Source: Chiloscyllium plagiosum (Eukaryota). From it: 36,717 bases of DNA. The DNA is taken from contig NW_025214834.1 of NCBI RefSeq assembly GCF_004010195.1, positions 5,459 to 42,175 of the forward strand, given 5' to 3'. The position numbers and the translations under genes are program-made. Under the pieces are notes generated by a model. It was given only the letters and a program-made list of their open reading frames with translations. It had not been told where the DNA came from and searched no databases. Positions 1-10,449 of the stretch are shown in pieces (positions within the stretch are counted from its first letter, which is position 1; every line of letters starts with the position of its first letter).

Positions 1-385
1 AGCCAGAAATAACATTTATGACACAGAGTTGAATTCACCTTTTACACTTTGCATGTTTTATTCATAAAGCTTGTAAATAATTTAGGATGAACTAGGGTTT
101 GGCATCTTGCGCTGGAACATTAACCTTTTGGAGGCACTGCAATAGCCAGAGCTGGAGACATTTTTCATCTGCAGGATGGACACAGATTAATTCATTGTTT
201 GTTTAAATCAGCTAATGTGATGAGGATAAATACTCAATTAAATTCTATGTTATGGACAAACTGAAGGAGATCAAATCATATTCTCATGTCTACCTTGAAT
301 TGGAAGCAAATACATACTGTAAAGAAAAATCAAAAATGTTGAAACACCACAAAAGACAAGAAAAAAAGTATCCTCTGCACTCGAT
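1..385 (+). repeat. Unknown low-copy unit, copy 1 (homologous to 13419-13830 and 12017-12255)
   Basis: Aligns by eye: cacagagttgaattcaccttttacact, ctgcaggatgga, caattaaattctat and accttgaattggaagcaaatacatactg are shared with the 13.4-13.8 kb copy. Roughly 80% identity with indels. Confidence 0.92.
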
Positions 386-462
386 AGAGAAATGTAGAGC
401 ACATGTACAATCTTAACAAGAATCAAGTGATAGAAAAGAAAGAACATGACATCTTTTCTTAA
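147..462 (+). pseudogene. Decayed ORF with possible HUH (rolling-circle Rep) endonuclease motifs
   Basis: Reads KYSIKFYVMDKLKEIKSYSHVYLELEANTY, then after frameshifts RNVEHMYNLNKNQVIEKKEHDIFS*. Copies 2 and 3 read YSHIHLELE (HUH-like). Several stops and frameshifts; assignment by motif resemblance only. Confidence 0.3.
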
Positions 463-464
463 TT

Positions 465-1022
465 TTGAATGGAAACCTGATCTCGATTTTCCTGAACAGT
501 GATGTTTTCACACCCAATCCCGCTTCCCCAAAAACAAGTTTTTCCTTGTCACTAAAACTTCATCCGTCATTCTTCCTCCTTCGTCCTACTCTTTCCTCAC
601 ACTCTTACTTCCCTTGCACTACCCCTTCTGCTGCTACATGCTCTTCCACTGATGATTTCCCTTTACACCCTCCTTCTGCCACTCCCACTGTCAGTTACAC
701 CAATTCCCCAGTTACTCCCACTTCATCTGACCATCGCATTCTCTTTTTGCTTTCCAACTAGGATGATGCGAGCCGCTGGCTTCTGTTCTGCTATTGATCA
801 TCAGTGAATGTTGAGATTGGGATAATCAATGTCCAATCGGAACAGACAATAATGTGTGTCTGTCACTATCTGATGCACCGTGAACAGGATGGTTTTGTTC
901 CCCATGGTCCAGAGTGGAGTGTCTTTCTGTCTCTGTGTCACAGTGCACAACCAAACAGCTTCATCACAAATAGGATGAACCTTTCCTCAAAATCAGAAGT
1001 CAATGCATCAGTTTTTCCTTAA
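465..1022 (+). pseudogene. Possible decayed ORF: Pro/Ser/Thr-rich segment followed by DHRILFLL...CHYLMHREQ
   Basis: ORFs 465-761 and 804-1022 are in the same frame, separated by two stops. YLMH resembles a Rep motif III (YLxH). Confidence 0.2.
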
Positions 1023-1505
1023 ACATTGTGAGTACAGTGAGCACATTGTTCAAACAAGCCGTGTTTTACACTTTGGCTTTTTATTATTTTAACGGTTTAC
1101 CTCTTTTGGGGTGAGATCAGAGTAACTTCCCTTGCATCAAAGTAGTATTTGATTCATGTGGCATCACGGACTCTGAGTAAACAGTGGTCAATGGGAATCG
1201 GAGGAAAGTCTGTCCTGGTAATTTCCTCACTGAACAATGACACCTTCCCCAGAGCTTTTGAGAATGACAAATAAACTCTGCCCTTGCTAATACCTTCCAA
1301 AACCATGGATGACTTTGTCCTGTTAATAACATCAACATTTATTATGTTTTCACAGTTTTGTCTAAAATCTCAGAAAAGTAAGACTTTGCTGGTTGAGTGT
1401 CACTCCAATGAAATCAGGGCATTACAATAAGATTACGTTCATTTTCATTCAGTTACTTCCTGAGGACTGATCATGTGATTGCAGTGCCAGTGATATCAAC
1501 ATTTT

Positions 1506-3840
1506 ATCTGTGCAAAAGCATCACATCTCATTGGCTCAAGGCTGCACCACTCCCCAATTCTATTTCTTTCTCTGGCTCATTCGCCACGCTCATCAGATAT
1601 ATGGGGCCTACAAGATGCAATAGCACAGAGATGTCTATGATCCCTTGGAACCTGCCTCCACCCGTGCCCTGCATTCTGACTGCATCTCCTCCCCCAAATG
1701 CACCTCCTGTCGTATCTTCACCCTCCCTCCCAACCTTCCATACTCTGATGTTGAATGTTCTGTACTTAAAGATGGTCTCAGCGTTATTCCACTGTGCCCA
1801 GACTTTAATAAATTTCGGGTACGGCATGACGTTGAACTCTTCTCCCACCATCTTCTCCTTGGTGCCCATTTCTTTGGGCAAAGTTTCTGTTCCCTGTTCC
1901 GCAGACTCTTCACCTAGCTCCAATACTCTTCCTCGACCTGCACCTCTCCCTCTGTTGTTTGCCTGAACTCAATCTGTTCATTGAGAATGTTCGATGTGAC
2001 ATTGGTTGTCTTAATTTCTCTGCATCCCCTCACCCAATCCAACAAATCACCCTCTGAACAGGCTGTACGCCGTGTACTTTGATCCAACCCTGATTTTGTT
2101 ATTCAGCCTGTGCTGGTAAGGGTGATGCTGCTGTAGTCTGGTGGACTGACCTCTACATTGCAGAGACAGAGGGCTAGCTCTCAGTTATCTCCTCATATCA
2201 CCTGCTGGACCATGACCCGACCATGGCACATCAGGCCATTGTATCATCTATGATAATCGACCACATTTCATCTGGTCATTCACACCCTACTTGCCCCCAC
2301 CTAACGGTCCCCAAGCTGTTGGTCCTCTGATAACAGAGCTCACTTCTATCTCCTCTTGAAAATCCACAAACAGAACTGCCCAGGAAGACCCATTGCTTCA
2401 GCCTACTCCTGCCACACAGAGGGGGTGCATGGATACACACGTGGTCCAGTCATACCTGTTTCTTCAAGGGGTATGTAGACAATTCCCTGTTCCACTTCTA
2501 TTCCCGACCCATACACAACTCTTTCACCAATGCATAGATTATATCATCGATTCTGCTTCTCTCTCTTGTCCTGAATTTGAAAAAATCATCGATTTCACTT
2601 CCAATTTGCATCCCTCCCTCACTTTCACCTAGTCCTTCTCTGACTCATCACTTCCTTTCCTCGGCATTTCTGTTTCCATTTCTGGGGATCGACAGGCCAC
2701 TAATATCCAGTATTAACCAACTGACTCCCACAGCTACCTGGAGTATACACCCTCACAACCTGTTTCTTGCTAATACTCCATTCCATTCCACCAATTTTTC
2801 TGTCTCCACCGCATTGCTTCTGTTGATGTCAATTTTCAAAATGTCCACCTTCTTCCTCAACTGAGAACTTCCCAGCACTGTTCTCGAGAGGGCCCTCAAC
2901 CAGGTCTGACCCACCTCTTGCATTTCTATTTTCACCGTCTCTCTTCTCTCCTGCAACAGCGAGAGAATTCCTCTTGTCCTGGCCTACCATCCCACCAACA
3001 TTCACATGAAGTGGATCATCAGCCGCCATTTCCCCCACCTCCAGCAAGATGCCATCACCAGATACATATTTTCCTCCTCAAAATTGTCTGCCTTCTGGAG
3101 GGACCAGGACACCCTGGTTCACTCTTTATTCACTCCCATTACCCTGCCCTCACCCCCACCACAGGTCCACTTCACTTGCCCCTGCCGAAAGTGCAACATG
3201 TTCGCACTTCTGTCCTCCTTTCTCACTATCCAAGGGCCCAACCACACCATACCAATGAAGCAGCACCTTACTAACATTTTCCACAATTAGTCTACGAGAT
3301 TCGCTGCTCACAATGTGGTCTACTCTACACTGGGGAAACTAACGGTAGCCTGGGTGACCGCTTCATTGAACATCCAAAGTGTACCTGTACAAATGACCCT
3401 GAGCTTCCAGTTGCCTGCCAGTTTAATACCGCATCCTGTTCCCTGGCTCATGTCTCTGTGTCAGGCTTGCTGCAGTGTTCCAGGAAAAGTCTATGCAAAC
3501 TGGAAGAAGAACGCCTCATTTACCGTGTGAGGACCCTACAGCCCTTCAGACTCAAAATCAAGTTCAATAATTTTCGGCCCTGTGCTCCCCAATGTCCTCG
3601 CCCCCGACCAATAATACACCAGGCCTAGTTCTCACATCGCCTTCCATTATACACCCTATATGTTTAGCCACTAACAATCTCCATTAACAGCTGTCCAACC
3701 CCTTCTGCAAAATCAACCAACATTTTCCTAGCTACCATCAGTTCTGAGGAAGGGTCACTGAACCCGAAATGTTAACTGTGATTTCTCTGCACAGATGCTG
3801 CCAGACCTACTGAGTTTTAGAAACAACTTCTGTTTTTGTT
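1506..3840 (+). mobile_element. Penelope-like retroelement (RT + GIY-YIG), decayed and internally deleted, with 10 bp TSD
   Basis: N-terminal IFTLPPNLPYSDVECSVLKDGLSVIPL; RT remnants LKIHKQNCPGRPI and IIDFTSNLHPSLTFT; GIY-YIG remnant VYEIRCSQCGLLYTGET...LGDRFIEH...KLEEERLI at ~3290-3530; PLE-type tail; direct repeat tcaacatttt at 1496-1505 and 3841-3850. Confidence 0.9.
3739..3778 (+). ncRNA. Minimal type I hammerhead ribozyme motif in the Penelope terminal region (probably mutated)
   Basis: cagtt-CTGAGGA-a-gggt(cactga)accc-GAAA-t-GTT-aactg: stem I cagtt/aactg, conserved core, stem II, GUU cleavage triplet. Confidence 0.7.
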
Positions 3841-4020
3841 TCAACATTTTCATGGCACATTTTCACAATCCAATACGTCATCAATATTTAGAGCGTTGTC
3901 AAACATAGGAACTTTGTAATTTTTCATTTAATGTCCATAACAAATTACTCGAGATCCAAGTGAGACAGGGGCTTTGCTGTTATCGTTCAGATCAGACAAT
4001 TTGTAACACTTCAGAAAGAA

Positions 4021-4190
4021 AAAGAAATCGAAAGAGCTGGAGCAAAACTCAACAAATCTGGCAGATTTTGAACCTTTGACTTTTCAGAAGTATCACACCA
4101 TAATAAATATTGTTAACTCTGTTTCTATCTGCAGATAGTTCTTCATGTTTTTATTTCGTTTCTCCACCATTTTCAGTTTGTATCTCATGT
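4021..4190. mobile_element. Short inverted remnant of Penelope-type termini
   Basis: gctggagcaaaactcaacaaatctggcag and tgttaactctgtttctatctgcagat resemble the 3770-3840 tail in opposite orientations. Confidence 0.45.
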
Positions 4191-4314
4191 TTGCATATCA
4201 TTATATCTCATGTTTTTTGACCGGTCCATATGTTGACCTTGGTTGTATTTGGACACTGTGGTCCTTTCCTGTTCCTATTACAGTTGGTGTGTCTGTGACA
4301 CGTGTATTAAGGCT

Positions 4315-4812
4315 TCAGTATACTGGCAACTGAAAGCATTCTATTCGCGTGACGTGGTAACTGCTCTGCCCAGGGCCATAAGAAACTACAGACGGTTGTG
4401 TGCACAGCGCAGACCATCACGGAAGGCAACCTTCCATCCATTTATACTTCTTATTGTCACCAAAAGGCTGATAACATAAAAAAAACTCTCCCAAACCGGT
4501 AATGATCTCCGACAACCTCTTCCAACAAGAAGATAGAGAGGCTTGAAAACATGGACCAACATACTCATGAACACCTTCTTCCCTACCGTAATTAGACTGA
4601 CGAATTGACATCTCTAACTTCAAATAATACTAGTCTTGCTTATAGCGATCTTACTTTGCACATCTCATGTGCAGCTATAACCTTATATTCCTCACTCTGT
4701 TGAAGTACCTCATGAGCTGTGTTTTTTTTGTCTACTATCATGTTCCTGCACTACTCACAAAACAAAGCTTTCCATTGTACATTTGACTAAAATAAATCAA
4801 ATCAAATCAAAT
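4315..4812 (+). mobile_element. Rex1/Babar LINE 3' fragment
   Basis: GNCSAQGHKKLQTVVCTAQTITEGNLPS and NTFFPTVIRL C-terminal motifs; ends in aataaatcaaatcaaatcaaat. Homologous to 17080-17270 on the minus strand. Confidence 0.85.
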
Positions 4813-4829
4813 AAAACGCGTGGCCTACA

Positions 4830-4920
4830 GTGGCTCACGGTCTTCTCAAGAGCAGCTAGAAAAGTGAAGTAATACTGGCCCAGCCAGTGATACCCATATC
4901 CCATTAACGAATATAAGAAG
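4830..4920 (+). mobile_element. 3' tail of the L2-group LINE family seen at 7.3-10.3 kb
   Basis: cttctcaagagcagctaga...ctggcccagccagtgatacccatatccc matches the reverse complement of 7305-7375. Confidence 0.7.
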
Positions 4921-4984
4921 ATGACCACCGTTCAGGGAAGAGAGACAGGGAGATAAAATCGCTTTAAACATTGTCTTAGACATA

Positions 4985-5206
4985 TAAAGGTTTCCCGCGC
5001 TATCTGAAAGTACAGTGTTCCTTTCATAAATCGGTATGGTGTAAAGTGAAGAAGCATTCATTTGTATGGGAAAAATTTCGGCAATCTTCGTAAAAGTGAA
5101 AATCCTGTTTGGATTTCTTTTGATTAGCAAAAACAGGTCCTAATGTAGATCGTTTGGAAAGGGAAACGGCGAAAAGCAAACTTTTGAAAAGCAGGGGATA
5201 CCTGTA
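4985..5206. mobile_element. Tigger/pogo-like non-autonomous DNA transposon (MITE)
   Basis: Imperfect TIRs TA-aaggtttcccgcgct and agcaggggatacctg-TA, both flanked by TA; ~220 bp, non-coding. Confidence 0.6.
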
Positions 5207-5214
5207 TTTACATG

Positions 5215-6040
5215 GGCATGTCATCAGCGAACTTGCAGCTGGTGTTGTTTGGAATTTGGCAACACAGCCGTGTGTGGACAAGGAGTACAGTAGAGGGCTG
5301 AGGACGCATCCTTGGGGTATCCAGTGTTGAGTGTGATTGTGGTCGAGGTGCAGATACCTATCTTCACAGATTGTGGTCTGTGGGTCTGAAACCGGGGGAT
5401 CGAGTTGCAGAGGGTGGAGCCGCGACTAAGGTCACGGAATATTGAGATCAGTCTGGAGGGGATAACGATGTTGAAGGTGGAGCTGTAGTCAATGAGCAGG
5501 AGTCTGGTGTAAGTGTCCTTGTTGTCCAGATGTCCCAGGGATGAGGGCAGGGATCGGGGTATGTCATCCGTTCTGGACCTGTTACATCAGTAGGCAAATT
5601 ATAAGGGATCAGGTCAGGCTGGGAGACTGGAGGTGATGTGGGCCATAACCAGCCTTTCAAATCACTCCATGTTTGTTGAGGTCAGAGCCACTCGGCGGTC
5701 ATCATTAAGGCACGTTACATGTGCTTTCTCACTTACGAGGATGAATGTGGTCTTCTCGAAGCAGGTTGGGACATCGGCTTGTAAGAGGGAGAAGCTGAAG
5801 TTGTATGTGAATACCTCTACCAGTTGGTCCTCACAGGATCTGAGTACACAGCCGGGAACATCGTCCAGGTCTGTCGCTTCCCTTGCCTTGACTCTCAGGA
5901 AGACTGATCATGTCTGCAGCGGTGACAGCGGGGACAGATACATCCGAGGCTGTCGGGGCAGGTTTCAGCCTGGCAGTCACACAGTCATTCATCATAGACA
6001 TTCCTTCCCCCCACCTCCCTCCATCGTCATCAACAACCAG
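5215..6040 (-). mobile_element. Rex1/Babar LINE RT fragment, copy A
   Basis: Minus strand gives QGCVLSPLLYSLSTHGCVAKFQT, an out-of-frame KFADD, and HLDNKDTYTRLLLIDYSSTFNIVIP. Confidence 0.88.
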
Positions 6041-6274
6041 TGACATTGGTTGGTGTAGACATCACACAGTTAGTGTCCAGACAGTATGCCATCAATAGAC
6101 TGGGATTGTGCGCCATAATGAAGTAAACTCACCACAAAACAGGACAGGGTGGAGCAGGGAGTGAAGACTTTGCAGGTGTAATTCCACTCAAGCCATTGCT
6201 TCAACATGAATGGAGTCAAGCACCTTGAGTGTTGTGCCTTGTAGATGGTGGACAGTCCTCAGGGAGTCAGGAAA

Positions 6275-6840
6275 TGTATTATATATGGACAAATTGGACA
6301 AAGGAGCTGAGCTCAGTTTTGCTAAGTTTGAAGATGATGCAATGATGGTTTGTTGGGAAGATGATATTGAGGAAGTGGGGAGGCTGCAGAAAGACTTGGA
6401 CAGTTTTGGACTGTGGGAAAACATATAGCTGATGGAACACAATATGGAATCGTGTGAGATTATGCACTTTGATAGGCAGAATAGAGGCAGACACTATGTT
6501 CTAATAGGATCCATTCAATCTGAAGCACAAACGGATTTTGAAGCACTCGTCCTCCCTTATGGTTAATGTGTAGGTTCAGTTGGCAGTTACGAAAGCAAAT
6601 GCAATGTTCGCGTTCATTTCAAGAGAACAAGAATACAAGAGAGGACACATACTGTTGAGAATGTGATGGGCAATGGTCAGACAGCATTTGGCATATTGTG
6701 AACTGCTGAGGGATGACGGCTTGTCATATGAGCGGCAGTGTGTGTACTCGATGGAACTTAGAAGAATGGCGGGGGGGGGGGGCATCTGATTGAAACTGAT
6801 CGATTACTGCAAAGATTGTGTAGAACATATTTCCACTAGA
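6275..6840 (+). mobile_element. CR1/HER1 LINE RT fragment
   Basis: YMDKLDKGAELSFAKFEDDAM (decayed KFADD), RLQKDLDS, CEIMHF, KANAMFAFISR. Confidence 0.85.
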
Positions 6841-7296
6841 CAGAGAGACAATACCAAAACAGTGCAAAATTGTAAGTCTCTAATCTGCTCTTGTATTTAT
6901 AAGTTGATTTGACTTCACGTTCTGGTCAATGGTAATACCTGTGAAATTGATGGTGGGAGGATTCAGTGTAGCCAGTAGTCCATTAATCTGTTGAATGTAA
7001 GCTACTATCTGTGAGTCTCACCTGGCGGGAGTACATTGTGTCTATTATGATTGTCATTTGTAATCTGGTCATTTTGAAGGACTGAACCTGTTACACCAGT
7101 ATTGTTGATTTTAACTAAAAAGGTGCAATTTATCAGAGCACTCAGCAACAATATGTCATCGAATACGGAACATCTTTCCAATAACAGAAAAAGTCTAAAA
7201 TATTCAATATTAGAAACACTGTTTTCCTGTTCGTGTTCAAATCAGATAATCTGTCCCATCGAGATGCTCAACTTGGAACTATTTGTTTAAAAAAAT

Positions 7297-10200
7297 ATTT
7301 TTTGGTTTTGGGCATCACTGGACGGGCCCAGCATTTCTTGCCCGTCCCGAGTTGCCCTTGAGAAGGTGGTGGTAAGCTACCTTCTCGAACTGGTGCAATC
7401 TACGTACTGTGCGTTGACCCACTAGTGATTAAGGAGGGAATTCTAGTGTTTTGAATCAGCAACAGGGAAGGAACGGCGATGTTTTTTCCAAATCAGGATG
7501 TTGACTGGTTTGGAGGGGAATTTGAAGTTGGTGGTGTTCTCAAAAGTCTACTGCCTTTGTCATTCTACATGGAAGTGTTTGTGAGATTGGAAGGAGCTCT
7601 CTGAGGATCTTTGTGGAATTTCTGCATTGTGTCTAGTAGATAGTACGCACTGCTGTTCCTGAGCGACCGTGGTGAAGGGAGTGAATGCTTATGGATGCGA
7701 TGCAAATCAAATGGGCTGCTTTGTCCTGGATGGTGTCAAGCTTCTTTAGTGTTGTTGGGGCTGCACTCAGTCAGGAAGTGAGGATTATTACATCTCATTC
7801 CTGACTTGTGCCTTGTAAATGTTGGATAGGCTTTGGGAAGTCAGAAGGTGAGTTAATCGCACAGTATTCATAGCCTCTGCTCTGTTCTTATCTGTGGCGA
7901 GTCCAATTGAGTTTATGGTCAATAATACCCCCCAGGATTTTGATAGTGGGGAAATTTAGATATGATAATGCTGCTGAATAACAAGTTGTTATATTGTTTC
8001 TTATTCGTGATGGTCATTGTCTGGATTTGTGTGGCACGAATGTTACTTGCAACTTGTCAGCCCAAGCCTGGATAATCCCCACTCCCGACCTTATGAAGCT
8101 GCTGAAGATGTTTGGACCTAGAACATTATCCTAAGGGACTACTGCAGAGAAGTTCTGGAGCTGAGATGACTGACCTCCAACAACAATGACCATCTTCTTA
8201 TCTGTCAGGTATGACTCCAATAATGCAGTGTTGGCCTGCGATATCGTTTTTGCTTAGGGTCCTTGATGTCACATTTGGCAGAATGCAGCTTTGATGTCAA
8301 GGGCTGGAATTCAGTTCATTTTTCTATGTTTGAACCAAGGCTGTGATGTGGCGAGGAGCTGAGTGACCCTGGTGGAACACAAAATGGGCGACCCTGAGCA
8401 GGTGCTGCTGGATAGCACTGTTGATGACACCTTCCATCACTTTACTGATGATGAAGAGTAGACTGATGAGGCGGTATTTGGATGGGTTGACTTTGTCCTG
8501 CGTTTTATGTACAGAACATGCTTGAGCAGTTTTCCCCATTGTCTGTTTGTAACCGTACTGGAACAGCTTGTCTAGGGAAGCGGGAAGTTCTGGAGTACAA
8601 GTCTTCAGGACTACTGTCGGCATGTTATCAGGGTTATAACCTTTGCAGTATCCAGTACAAAGGTTTCTTGATATCAGTCAATCGAATTTGCTGTAATAAT
8701 GGGGACCACTGGAGCAGGCCGAAATGGATCATCCACTCAAAACTTCTGACTGAAGATTGATGCGAAAGCTTCAGCCTTAACATTTGCACTGATGTGCTGG
8801 GCTCTTCCATCATTGAGGGTGGGGATATTTGTGGAGACTCCTACTCCAGTGAGATGTTTGATCATCTACCACCGTCCATGATTGGATTCGGAGGACTGCA
8901 GAACTTAAATCTGATGCATTGGTTGTGGGATAGCTCCGTTCTGTCTGTCCCTTGCTGTTTATGTTATTTGGCACGCAAGTATTTCTGTTTGGAAGTTTCA
9001 GCAGATTAACATTTTATCTTTGTATAGTCCTGGTTCTGCTCGTGGCACGCCCTCCTGCACTCTCCATTGAACCAGAGTTGATCCTCTGCCTTGATGGGAA
9101 TGGTTGAGTGGGGGGATATGATGGGTCGTGACATTACAGTTTGTGCTGGAGTACAGTGCTGCTGCTATTAATGATCCACAGTGTCTTATGGATGCTCAGT
9201 CTTGAGTTCCTAGATCTCTTCGAAATCTGTGCCATTTAGCATGGTGATAGTGCCACACAACACAATAGAGTTTATTCTGAATGTGACCGCGAGACTTTTA
9301 CCGATACTGTCATGGACAGATACGTCTGCAGTTGGTAGATTGGTAAGGATGAGGTCATGTATGATTTTTTTCCCTCCTGTTCTTTCCCTCACCACCTGCT
9401 GCAGACCGAATCTAGTAGCTATGTCCTTTAGGACCCGACCAGCGTGATCAATAGTACTGCTGCCAACCTTGGTGGTCGACTTTGAAATCTCCCAGCCAGA
9501 ATACGTTCTGTGCCCTTGCCTCAGTCAGTGCTTTCTCCAAGTGTTGTTTAACATAGAGGAGCACTGATTCAGATGAGGAACGACATTACTTGGTAATCAG
9601 TAAGAGAATTCTTTGTCCATGTTTAATCTGAAGCCATGGGACTTCATTAGGTCTGGAGTCAATTCTGAAGACTCCTAGAGCAATTACCTACCGACTATAT
9701 CTCACTGAGCTGCCCCCTCTGCTGGATCAGTCCTGCCTTTGGGGCAGGACATATCCAGGGATTGTGATGGTGGTGGCTGGGTTATTTTTGTAAGGTATGA
9801 ATCCGTGAGTATGACTATGTCAGGCTGTTGCTTGAATAGCCTGTAAGGCAGTTGTCCCAGTTTTGGCACTACCCATTAGATGATAGTAAGGAAGACTTTG
9901 GAGGTTCTATAGTGGCGTTTCTAATGTTGACTTTTCCAGTGCACAGTTTGATGCCTGGTGGTCCAGTCGGTTTCATTTCTTTGAAACTTTGTAATGATTG
10001 GTACAACTGAATGACTCACTGGACCATTTCAGGGGGCAATTGGGAGTCAATGACGTTGCTTTGGGTCTGGAGTTGCATGTCAGCCAGACCAGGTGCGGAT
10101 GGAAGATTCCTTCATTGAAGGATATTAATGATCCAGATGGATTTTTCTAAAAATCAGCAATGATTTTATTCTCATAGGTAGATTCTTAAATCCATGGATA

Positions 10201-10318
10201 TTTTAAAATTATTGAATTGAATTTCCACCATGTGCAGTGGCGGGATTCGAACCTGGGTCCAAAGAACAGGAGCTGATTGTCTGGATTGATAATCTATCGG
10301 TAATACCATGAGGCCTAC
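7297..10318 (-). mobile_element. Near full-length L2/CR1-group (Crack/Daphne-like) LINE: tRNA-like head + APE + RT, decayed
   Basis: APE motifs KQQPDIVILTDSYL, WLGDF and DLILTNLP; RT region VLKTCTPEL...YRLISLLFIISKVMEGVIN...FHQGHSAP and LDIKAAF; B box GGTTCGAATCC at 10253-10243 and A-box-like sequence at 10316-10306; 3' tail near 7300. Confidence 0.88.
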
Positions 10319-10449
10319 TTGGAGCCACATGTTGTACTCAACTGCTATTTCTTGTGTTGCCCTGTTTTTCATTCATTGATTATGTTATTCTGGAATTTCA
10401 TCCATCATTAAATCCTGATTGAAATACATAATCATGAAAGTCGTCTCGA

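Noticed and set aside
1191..1320. MGIGGKS...MDDF as Walker A/B of an SF3 helicase downstream of the HUH-like region
   Set aside because: Lacks the GxxxxGKS glycine and the hydrophobic strand before DD; the frame has stops and antisense-like composition.
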